Shown piece after piece: positions 29,239 through 37,378 of a DNA stretch of 64,000 nt. The position numbers were made by a program, and so were the translations under genes. Within the stretch, counting starts at the first letter, position 1, and each line of letters starts with the position of its first letter. A model generated the notes under the pieces. That model saw only the letters and a program-made list of their open reading frames with translations. It did not search any database and was not told where the DNA came from. Source of the stretch: an uncultured Muribaculaceae bacterium. GTDB lineage: Bacteria > Bacillota_I > Bacilli_A > RF39 > UBA660. The DNA lies in contig CAZVUP010000005.1 of assembly GCA_964630365.1 (NCBI GenBank), positions 1,877 through 65,876 of the forward strand, written 5' to 3'.

Positions 29239-29425
29239 AGTAAATCACCTATATAATATTGTATCATATTTTTTATTATTTGATTGAAATAACATTTTTT
29301 GTTTGATTATTTTTTGAAGTATATACTTTAAAGATTTATAGTAAATTATTCTTTGTATACTAGTTGCATAATATAAATTAAAGTATCTCCTTTATTAAAA
29401 ATATGTAAAATCATTGTTTGTTCGA

Positions 29426-29454
29426 TTGACTGTAGGAATTTAATATGCTATTTT
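29426..29454 (+). promoter_or_regulatory. Promoter of the small hydrophobic-peptide (toxin-like) transcript
   Basis: TTGACT (29426-29431), a 17-nt spacer, and an extended -10 TGcTATTTT (29446-29454). Confidence 0.5.
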
Positions 29455-29485
29455 GTGCTTAGGAACATTTAGTTGTTGGATGTCT

Positions 29486-29514
29486 ACCTTCTTATCTTCT
29501 AGAAGAAAGGAGGT
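29486..29514 (+). promoter_or_regulatory. Shine-Dalgarno-sequestering hairpin in the toxin-like mRNA leader
   Basis: ACCTTCTT (29486-29493) pairs with AAGGAGGT (29507-29514, one G-U) around the palindrome TCTTCTAGAAGA, which occludes the SD. Confidence 0.5.
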
Positions 29515-29522
29515 TTGATAAG

Positions 29523-29621
29523 ATGAAAGCTAAGACTTTTATTTTAAAAGTTTTAAAATTCATATGTATCATTTTATTCCTTTTAATCATTTTGATTATT
29601 GTAATAAAAAAAGGCATCTAA
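29523..29621 (+). CDS. Type I toxin-like small hydrophobic peptide (32 aa)
   Basis: Hand-translated: MKAKTFILKVLKFICIILFLLIILIIVIKKGI, a single TM helix with a basic C-terminus. AAGGAGG SD lies 9 nt upstream of the ATG. Confidence 0.5.
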   Translation: MKAKTFILKVLKFICIILFLLIILIIVIKKGI

Positions 29622-29727
29622 TCTTGATAGATTAAATGTCAACTCATTGATTGGGTAGACATTCAACTCGCAAAAACTGAATGTTCCCATTTTTATTTTA
29701 TGCAAGATTCCTTGCTACATACATAAT

Positions 29728-29806
29728 AACATAAAAAGGAACTTTTTTCAAGTTCCTTTGTCATTTCATATAGAGCGATTAAGCAACATCTTACGAACCA
29801 TAACGC
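29728..29806 (-). ncRNA. Predicted small RNA convergent with the toxin-like gene (candidate antitoxin RNA)
   Basis: Minus-strand promoter TTGAAA (29841-29836), 17-nt spacer, TATAAT (29818-29813). Hairpin AAAGGAACTT/AAGTTCCTTT (29735-29759) is followed by a U-run on the minus strand. No ORF. Confidence 0.35.
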
Positions 29807-29918
29807 AAAAATATTATATATGAAATTCTATTATATTTCAATGGGAGTATGGAGAATTTTGTTGTTTTATAGTATAATATATTCAAAATTAAACTTGATT
29901 TTATATAGGAGGTATAAA

Positions 29919-30335
29919 ATGAACGCAAATTTATGGACGCAATTACTTATAGCAATAGTTCCAGCACTTATTACTGGTGCTGGAAGTTTAATAATTGCAA
30001 TTAAGAAATGTAAAAATGAAATTAATACTCTTGAAACTAATAATAAACACGAAATAGAAAAATTAATGAAACAACATGAAATAGATCTTGAAGCATTAAA
30101 AGAAAAGCATAGACTTGATATGGAATCTAAAGAAAAAGAACATCAATTAAAAATTGAAGAAATAAAAGTCCAAAATGAACAAGAAATATTAAAAAGAGAA
30201 AAAGAATTATCTAATTCTGCAATGTATTCAATGATGGGCGATGCAACTAAGGATTTGTTTACTGGAATATTTAATTCACCAGAATTTAAAGAAGAGATGA
30301 ATAAAAAAATTAAAGAAGGATTTAATAAGAAATAG
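29919..30335 (+). CDS. Membrane-anchored coiled-coil protein, unknown function
   Basis: Start at ATG 29919 (AGGAGG RBS). One N-terminal TM helix (LLIAIVPALITGAGSLIIAI), then a K/E-rich helical region. Confidence 0.5.
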   Translation: MNANLWTQLLIAIVPALITGAGSLIIAIKKCKNEINTLETNNKHEIEKLMKQHEIDLEALKEKHRLDMESKEKEHQLKIEEIKVQNEQEILKREKELSNSAMYSMMGDATKDLFTGIFNSPEFKEEMNKKIKEGFNKK

Positions 30336-30384
30336 TGTTATATAATTATAAAAATAAGTTGGAATGGTTGGAGGTAATTATATA

Positions 30385-31131
30385 ATGAATAAAAAACAGA
30401 TTTTAGAGCAAGTTGATAAACTAATAATTATGTATAAAAATGGTGAGTTAGGTGGCGAAGTAATGCCTGAAGATGCTAATCCACATTTTGAAAAATCTAG
30501 TTTAGAAAATTATTTATATTTTACATTACCTATGGCTCTTAATTATCAAAGAAATTCTTATACTCTATGGGAAAGTGCTCTAAAAACTTATAATGATGAA
30601 GAAACAAGATTTGTATTTAATCCAAAATTATGCTTAGAGAAATCATTTGAAGAAGTACAATATGCTCTTACCAAATATAAAGTTGCTTTGCAAAAGCAAA
30701 AACAGACTGAAATATGGCTTGCATTGTGTAATACATTTGTAGAATTATTTGATGGTGATATAAGGAAATTATTTGATGAATTAGACAATGATGTTGAAAA
30801 AATTAGAGATTATATCCAGAAACAAAATAAAAAGAAATTTCCTTATTTATCTGGTACAAAAATATGTAATTATTGGATGTATGTGATATATCAATATACG
30901 GATAGAAGATATAAAAATATTGAAAAATTAACTGTTGCCCCTGATACTCATGTATGCAAGGCAACACTAAAATTAGGATTAATTAATGATGAAGAATTTA
31001 ATTCTAGTAATGTTCAATTAATCGTAATAGAAAGATGGCAAGAATTATTTAAAGGTACAAAATATAAACCAATTGATATTCATACTCCGCTTTGGTTATG
31101 GAGTAGAAATGGATTTAAGGAGGTAAAATAA
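30385..31131 (+). CDS. HhH-GPD superfamily DNA glycosylase-like protein
   Basis: FPYLSGTKICNYWMYV (HhH, G-x-K) followed by LTVAPDTHVCKATLKLGLI, which parallels endonuclease III LPGVGRKTANVVL...VDTHIFRV..R.G. No Fe-S cysteine cluster. Confidence 0.5.
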   Translation: MNKKQILEQVDKLIIMYKNGELGGEVMPEDANPHFEKSSLENYLYFTLPMALNYQRNSYTLWESALKTYNDEETRFVFNPKLCLEKSFEEVQYALTKYKVALQKQKQTEIWLALCNTFVELFDGDIRKLFDELDNDVEKIRDYIQKQNKKKFPYLSGTKICNYWMYVIYQYTDRRYKNIEKLTVAPDTHVCKATLKLGLINDEEFNSSNVQLIVIERWQELFKGTKYKPIDIHTPLWLWSRNGFKEVK

Positions 31132-31686
31132 TGAAGATGGGAAATTTAGAATTTAAACCTATAATAGAAAATAAAAATCTTGTTCCAAAGTGCATATATG
31201 ACTTAGTTAATGATTGGGATAATTTAGAAGAAAAAAAATATATTTATGGTTGCAGAAATTAATCCTAATTTTGCTGATGGAAATAAACTTTGTGAAGAAT
31301 ATAATATTGATAAAAAAATTGGGTTTAATTGTTTAATAGTTGAGTGTAAAAGAAATGAAGTTATTAAGTATTGTGCTTTAATAGTTCCTGTTGGATATAA
31401 GTATAATATGGGAAGTGTAGTTAGAAAATTTACAAACTCTAGAGTTGTATCTGTAGCTCCTCTTGATTATGTTTTAGAAAAAACACAAATGGAATATGGA
31501 AGTATCACGCCAATTGGTCTTCCAAAGGACTGGATGATATTGGTTGATCCATTAATAAAAGAACAAGAGCAAATTATAATTGGTGGAGGTTTAGTAAATT
31601 CTAAAATCTCATTACTAACAGAGTTATTTTTAAAGATTCCTAATGTTGAAATTGGTGATGGTGTTGCCAAAAAAATTATTGAGTAA
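31131..31686 (+). pseudogene. YbaK/ProX-type aminoacyl-tRNA editing domain protein, interrupted by a frameshift at an A8 tract
   Basis: ATG 31131 (overlapping TAATG with the upstream gene) opens a 43-codon frame. The +1 frame continues from the A8 run (31231-31238) as ...EINPNF...EYGSITPIGLP...IIIGGGLVNSKISL (tRNA_edit-like). Confidence 0.5.
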
Positions 31687-32071
31687 TATCTTTTATAAAG
31701 GGTATGGGAATTCCCATAGTAGAATTTATGCGGGAGTATAAATTCAGTGCTGGCTAGACAAGGGCTTTACTCCCACTTTGTGATAAATATAAAAAGAGGA
31801 TTAGATTATTTTGATAATTTTTTCCTCTTTTTAGTTAGTAAAATAAAAACTTACGAACTTTAATTAGTCCGTAAGTTGTCTTCAAATGGAGCGAGTGTCG
31901 TAGATATCTACAACTCTTTCTCTAGTGATATGATAAATATCACTCACTACTAATAATATAGCATATTTTTAGAGAATAATAAACAAAATTATAAACAAAA
32001 ATGTAAAAATTTGATATAATCATAATAGCGAATATCTTATGATATTCTCTTTTTTTATAAGGAGGGTAAAA

Positions 32072-33043
32072 ATGTTCTCGAAAAAATTTTTAGACAAAGG
32101 ATTTGTATTTTTAGGTGTAGGAATTGTCTCATTTGGAAATATATTGACAGAAATTATACTTAATTATTTTAATATTGATATTCCACAATATAATATTTAT
32201 ATTTGCTTAATTGTTGGAATCTTATTAATTATTGTTGGATTAATAATGTATTATAAGGAGTCAAAAGAAAATCATACTTTATCAATTATAGGTTTAGATA
32301 ATATGAACTATATCACCAAAATTAAAAATCCGCTTACTATTAATATAATTGATGATTGTAAAAATATTAAAACAAGTAATTCTAAATCAATAATATCTAG
32401 TTACGTTAAAAATATTAAAGAAAAAATTAGTAATTATATTTCATATAAAATTTCTTATTTTGGCGTTGCACCTTTACCTTTTGTTGCTATAGCAGGAAAA
32501 TATTATAGAAAAGTAAACATTATAAAACATTATGAATATCACCAAAAGGATGATAAAATTTTACCATTGAAGATAAAAAAATTATTTTTTAATGAAAAAC
32601 TAAAATGTGAAGAAAAGAACAATAATAGTAATATTGCAGTTATTACTATAGAAACAACAACTAGAATTAATGATGAAGATTTAAAACAATTTAGAAATGC
32701 TAATGTTTTTAAATTTTACCTAGAAGATACCAGAACTAATGCTATTACTTATGAAAAACAGCTAGAAGAATATTCAGAAACAATTGCAGATACTATTTAT
32801 AAAATTAGTAAAACAAATATTGAAAAAATTTATATATTAGGTGCATGCCAAAGTTCTTTAGTTTTTGAAGTGTTTAGAAGATTAAATGATAATAGAATTA
32901 AAGAAATAATTGTTTGCAATTACAAGGCTAAATCAAAAAATAAATACAACTGGGGGATTAGCATTTACAATGAAAATGATATTGAAAAATATGTAGAATT
33001 AGGAAGTGATATATGTGGACAAAATCAAAAATCTAATGAATAA
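32072..33043 (+). CDS. 2TM-SAVED-like CBASS effector candidate
   Basis: Start at ATG 32072 (GGAGGG RBS). Two N-terminal TM helices, then an approximately 250-aa domain with two Rossmann-like units (ISYFGVAPLPFVAIAGKYY; IYILGACQSSLVFEVFRRL), as in SAVED/CARF. Confidence 0.5.
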   Translation: MFSKKFLDKGFVFLGVGIVSFGNILTEIILNYFNIDIPQYNIYICLIVGILLIIVGLIMYYKESKENHTLSIIGLDNMNYITKIKNPLTINIIDDCKNIKTSNSKSIISSYVKNIKEKISNYISYKISYFGVAPLPFVAIAGKYYRKVNIIKHYEYHQKDDKILPLKIKKLFFNEKLKCEEKNNNSNIAVITIETTTRINDEDLKQFRNANVFKFYLEDTRTNAITYEKQLEEYSETIADTIYKISKTNIEKIYILGACQSSLVFEVFRRLNDNRIKEIIVCNYKAKSKNKYNWGISIYNENDIEKYVELGSDICGQNQKSNE

Positions 33044-34364
33044 TTTTTACTATAATGAAGTTATACTATCGAATGATAAAGTTACTGAGTTACGTGAAAA
33101 GAAAAGTATAAATATAACTAGATTAAAAGATGGAATAAATAAATATAATGAAGATAATAATACCGATTATATATTATACGAAAGTTTAGAACAAGGAAGT
33201 ATTGCAATGTCCACTGCAATTGAACCAGAATACGATGACTTTGATATAGATGTTGCGATAATATTTGAAAAAGAGAAAATACCATCATCGACTGATGAAA
33301 TGAAAGACTTAGTAATAGATTTTTTAAAACCATATAATTATTATTTTAAAGAAAATCCAAAAAAGAAAAACAACTGTATAAGAATTGAATATCAAGATAA
33401 TTATCATATAGATTTTGCTGTTTATAGAGTTTCAAATGATTATTATGAACATTGTGGTTTGAATTGGACAGAAAGGAACCCTAGAAGTATAAATAATTGG
33501 TTTCATGAACAAAACAATTTGTATGATGACAAACTAAGAAAAATCACACGATTGATAAAGTATTTTTCTAAGACTAGAAAAGATTGGGATATATGTGGTG
33601 GTTTTATAATAACTATCCTTGTAAATGAGGCATTAGCAAATATAACATTAGATGTAGATATAGATAAATTACTACTAGATGTAATAAAATCTATTTCCAA
33701 TAGGATTAATTTTAATACTTCTGTTAAAAATCCTACTAATAATCAAGAATTGATAAATGATGATAAAAACAAAAAAAGATTAAAAAACTTAAAAGAAAAA
33801 TTGGATGAACATATTAGTGATATTGAAAATGCTTATTTAAATAATGATGTTGAAGATGTAAAAAGAAAATGGAATAAGTTTTTTAAAACGAATTATTTTA
33901 CATCAGATTCTCAACAAAGAAGTAGATGTGAAGACAATGAAATGTTTATCGAAAATATATATAGTATTGATAAATTAATGCCAATAAAGTTTGAAATAAA
34001 ATGCCAAAGATATATTTCAAAAGATAACTTTAAAAACTCTACATATGTTAATTGCTTTGACAATCAAAAATTTAGTATAACTCAAAATAGAGATGAAAAA
34101 TTATGCTTTTCGATAGATACAACTATTCCTAAACCATATATTTTGTTATGGAAAATAAAAAATAATGGTAATTATGCTATAGAAAATAATAGTTTACGTG
34201 GAGAGATATACTATGGTAATAATTTAAACTCTTTTGCAGATGATCCACATAGTTTTAAACGATTTGAAAGTATATCGTTTAAAGGAAATCATTATGTAGA
34301 ATGTTATTTAATCAAAAATAATAAGTGTATTGCTAAATCACGATTTAATGTTAATATTGAATAA
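33006..34364 (+). CDS. CD-NTase (SMODS) family nucleotidyltransferase with C-terminal beta-rich extension
   Basis: LEQGSIAMSTAIEPEYDDFDIDVAIIF (G-S ... D-x-D) and NYHIDFAVY (third Asp), then RKITRLIKYFSK. The C-terminal part, LLWKIKNNGNYAIENNSLRGEIYY, is possibly an AGS-C sensor domain. Start is uncertain (GTG 33006/33015 or ATG 33036). Confidence 0.65.
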   Translation: MIYVDKIKNLMNNFYYNEVILSNDKVTELREKKSINITRLKDGINKYNEDNNTDYILYESLEQGSIAMSTAIEPEYDDFDIDVAIIFEKEKIPSSTDEMKDLVIDFLKPYNYYFKENPKKKNNCIRIEYQDNYHIDFAVYRVSNDYYEHCGLNWTERNPRSINNWFHEQNNLYDDKLRKITRLIKYFSKTRKDWDICGGFIITILVNEALANITLDVDIDKLLLDVIKSISNRINFNTSVKNPTNNQELINDDKNKKRLKNLKEKLDEHISDIENAYLNNDVEDVKRKWNKFFKTNYFTSDSQQRSRCEDNEMFIENIYSIDKLMPIKFEIKCQRYISKDNFKNSTYVNCFDNQKFSITQNRDEKLCFSIDTTIPKPYILLWKIKNNGNYAIENNSLRGEIYYGNNLNSFADDPHSFKRFESISFKGNHYVECYLIKNNKCIAKSRFNVNIE

Positions 34365-34451
34365 TTAAAGGAAATTTAGTGGTTTTTTAAGACATTTAAC
34401 ACTTTTTATGATAGAATAATACTTGAATTAATTTTCAGGAGGGATTTAGAT

Positions 34452-35993
34452 ATGAATTATTTAGCGAATATCAAAAGAATATTAGATAGTGATGCAGGAT
34501 TGATAATTGAAGATATGTCTCAACCAGATATTAAAAAAGTTGTAGATAATAGATTTTCTCTTATTAAGCAAAGTGTTGAACGAGTTGAAAATAAAGATGA
34601 TAATTTTTACACTGAATTAGTAAAATTAATAAGTAATTACATTAATGAATTATGTGATAAGAAAATTGAAGATTTTCCTATTATTGTTTTTGATGAAAAT
34701 AGTGAAGAAATTGCACAAGAATATGATGAACTTAATTCAAGTGATATGTTGAATCTAACACATGCAAATAAGGAACTATCAAAAAAATTATTTGAATATG
34801 TATGTAGTATTTTAGAAGTTAATAAAGATGTTAAGTTAGATATTGAAACATTAAAGAAACTATTAAATCGTAATCCAAAATTATTTACTTTATCGGTAGA
34901 AGAAAGTTATTTATATAGAACTTTTGATTATAAAAAATTAGTTAAGATTATCAATGAAAATGGAACATTAGAAAAATCAAATATTAGCATAGATGACATT
35001 TACCAAATATTATTTGATACTTGTCAACTTAATAATCAAGATGTTTTTTGCGGTTTAGTAACACCAGAACAATTTAGTAAAAATCACAAAAAAATAGATG
35101 AAATGTTAAGCTGTTGTAATGCAAAAGCATTTGTCGAAATAACTAATATAATAACACGTAATTTTGATAAAAAATTTGATAGATTAAGTTTTGCAAAGAA
35201 TAGAAGCAAAGATAAATTTTGTGAAAGATTAATAATTGAATTGCTACACTCTTATGTTAAAGATGAAGATTGTAATTTAATTCATCAAATTCTTACAGAT
35301 TCTGAAATTCAAATTGATTATGATAGATATTATGCAGATTATATAGGACAAACTAATTTAAAATCACTTATTGCATTAAGTAAAAATCCTATAATTATAA
35401 AAGACCTTTTAAGCAAAGAACAAAATGTGCAAGATTACTATTGGCATGGTGAATCTGGCATACAATTATTTAGATTATATGGAATTATTGGTGACTACGA
35501 GAAAGCACTAACTAATTTCAATGAAAAATATAATTATGGATGTGATTACACAGAAGACTTTGATGATGATTTTAATAGAGTTGGACATACTTATGGAGGC
35601 TGGGATTACGGAGATTCCGTTGCTGTATTTGTTAATGATGTTTGTACTTCATTTAATGAACAAAATACTGATTATTCAATGCGCAAAGCAATTATTAATA
35701 AGATTTTGAATAATGATAAAGTAAAGTATATTAATTTAGAAGAAACATTACCTGTTGTGCAAGAAGTATTATCAGATGAAGATTTTAAAGCATTATTAGA
35801 TACTTTAGTTTTAAAAAGAAATTCTGGTAATTTAGGGTTTATTGTTTCAGAAGAAAATAATGAAGATAGTTTTTTCAATCGCTATGTCATTAGATTGGCT
35901 AGTGAAGAAGAAGTTCAAGATTATTTATCATCATTGAATAAAAAAGAAAAAGCTAAAGTTTTAAGTTTAAATCCTACTAAAAAAGATGATTAG
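34452..35993 (+). CDS. Hypothetical protein (513 aa), no recognised domain
   Basis: AGGAGGG RBS and a long ORF directly downstream of the CD-NTase-like gene with no terminator between them. Its stop overlaps the convergent mob gene stop by 4 nt. Confidence 0.5.
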   Translation: MNYLANIKRILDSDAGLIIEDMSQPDIKKVVDNRFSLIKQSVERVENKDDNFYTELVKLISNYINELCDKKIEDFPIIVFDENSEEIAQEYDELNSSDMLNLTHANKELSKKLFEYVCSILEVNKDVKLDIETLKKLLNRNPKLFTLSVEESYLYRTFDYKKLVKIINENGTLEKSNISIDDIYQILFDTCQLNNQDVFCGLVTPEQFSKNHKKIDEMLSCCNAKAFVEITNIITRNFDKKFDRLSFAKNRSKDKFCERLIIELLHSYVKDEDCNLIHQILTDSEIQIDYDRYYADYIGQTNLKSLIALSKNPIIIKDLLSKEQNVQDYYWHGESGIQLFRLYGIIGDYEKALTNFNEKYNYGCDYTEDFDDDFNRVGHTYGGWDYGDSVAVFVNDVCTSFNEQNTDYSMRKAIINKILNNDKVKYINLEETLPVVQEVLSDEDFKALLDTLVLKRNSGNLGFIVSEENNEDSFFNRYVIRLASEEEVQDYLSSLNKKEKAKVLSLNPTKKDD

Positions 35994-37378
35994 AAACCTA
36001 TTTCATAATCATCTTTTTCTTTGTCTTTATTTTTATCATTTTCTTTATTCCAAATATAATCATCTTGAATTGATTGAATAGTTTTATCACTAAATATATT
36101 ATGAGTATATAAATCTTTTGAAAAATTCCAGTAATTTTCTCGTTCTTTTTCTTTACTAAACATTTTATCTTTTATAAACTTAACTAATCTATCAAATAAA
36201 TTTTCAAAGAAATTAATCGTGCTTTGTAGTTTAGAATTTTTTTCTTTAAGATCATCAATCTCATCTACTTGTTTATCTATCTTTTTTTCAAGAGATTTAA
36301 CTTTAATGTTTAAGGCATCATTGTTTTCAGTTAGTATTTTAACTTTTTCTCTGTTTTCTTTTAATTCAGTTTCAACATCATTTAAGGTAATAGATAACTT
36401 TTGCATTTTCTTATATTCTTTATTAGTTGAATCTACTTGCTGAATAAATTTATCAATTTTATCTTTATCACCTTTATTTAAAACATATTTATCTTTGTTA
36501 GTGAAAGTAGTTTTTAAATTACTAACTATATTTTTAACCTCATTAGAATTATTATCTAGTTCTAGTGATTTTTTATTGGCTATTTCTAATCGTTCTTTAT
36601 TTTTAGATAATTCTTCTTGCATTTCAATATAGTTTCCCATATCTTTAACATTTATATCTTTATTTCTACCTTTTTGTTTAGTTTTTAAAACATTATTTAA
36701 GCCATATTCTTTATTAAAACTAGCAATACATAAAGTTCTCATTTTATCTTGTAGTTCTATTAACTTTGTTTTTGTGAATACATCAGATTTACCAACTTGT
36801 TTAGACATACCATTTTTGCTTTTATATTTAATTGGAACACCAACAATATGCATATGTGGACTAGTTTCATCATAATGAATAATTGCACTTGCTATTTTAA
36901 AGTTAGGAATTAAAGTTTCTAAATCTTTAACTTGTTCTTTATATACATTAGACATTTTGTGCTTGAATTTCTCATCTTTAGTATCCCAATACTTTTTATC
37001 TCCAAGTTCAATAATAATTTCACAAGCCAAATCATTTTTAGAATTATCACTAATCTTTTTAAAGTAGTCATCTATCTTTCTATCATCTCTAGTTTGTTTA
37101 GAATTGTATTCTAATCTTGCTTCTTCAAATTCATCTTTATATAATTTTTGAACATCATTATATAGAGAAGTTGTTCCTCTAACAATTTCAATTAAGTGTT
37201 GTTTGTCATCATACTTACGATAATTATGTTTATCAACACGAGATAATTGTCTAGCATTTTGTATTGCATTATTTGATAGAGAAGTATTTCCACTAGCATT
37301 AGATTTTGCTCTTGCTCTTGATACATTTTTTCTATTCTTATCACTACCCAAATGCAGTGAGTATGCAAGTTCTGGCAT
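35990..37378 (-). CDS. MobV-family (Mob_Pre) relaxase
   Basis: Motif III HxDE..PHxH is present as IIHYDETSPHMHIVGVPI, with an N-terminal HL..D..R region and a long C-terminal coiled coil typical of MobV/Pre proteins. Confidence 0.8.
   Translation of the reverse strand: MPELAYSLHLGSDKNRKNVSRARAKSNASGNTSLSNNAIQNARQLSRVDKHNYRKYDDKQHLIEIVRGTTSLYNDVQKLYKDEFEEARLEYNSKQTRDDRKIDDYFKKISDNSKNDLACEIIIELGDKKYWDTKDEKFKHKMSNVYKEQVKDLETLIPNFKIASAIIHYDETSPHMHIVGVPIKYKSKNGMSKQVGKSDVFTKTKLIELQDKMRTLCIASFNKEYGLNNVLKTKQKGRNKDINVKDMGNYIEMQEELSKNKERLEIANKKSLELDNNSNEVKNIVSNLKTTFTNKDKYVLNKGDKDKIDKFIQQVDSTNKEYKKMQKLSITLNDVETELKENREKVKILTENNDALNIKVKSLEKKIDKQVDEIDDLKEKNSKLQSTINFFENLFDRLVKFIKDKMFSKEKERENYWNFSKDLYTHNIFSDKTIQSIQDDYIWNKENDKNKDKEKDDYEIGF

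Noticed and set aside
31703-31718. Possibility that the palindromes TATGGGAATTCCCATA (31703-31718) and CTAGGGATTCCCTAG (37475-37489) are paired att or terminal-repeat sites defining a smaller nested element.
   Set aside because: They share only the GGGA(A)TTCCC core. Their flanks are unrelated, and no recombinase or transposase gene is positioned to use them. They are kept only as a note within the structured-region and oriT findings.
33006-33043. A 38-nt overlap between the SAVED-like ORF and the cyclase-like ORF, considered as evidence of a frameshifted single gene.
   Set aside because: The overlap depends on an upstream GTG start chosen by the ORF track. In-frame GTG 33015 and ATG 33036 give a shorter overlap. 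The two products have distinct, complete domain architectures.
31687-35993. Searched for CBASS accessory genes (Cap2/Cap3, HORMA/TRIP13, Cap4-type nuclease) near the cyclase-like gene.
   Set aside because: No E1/E2-like, JAB, HORMA or AAA+ TRIP13-like motifs were seen in adjacent ORFs. The locus is treated as a minimal (type I-like) arrangement.
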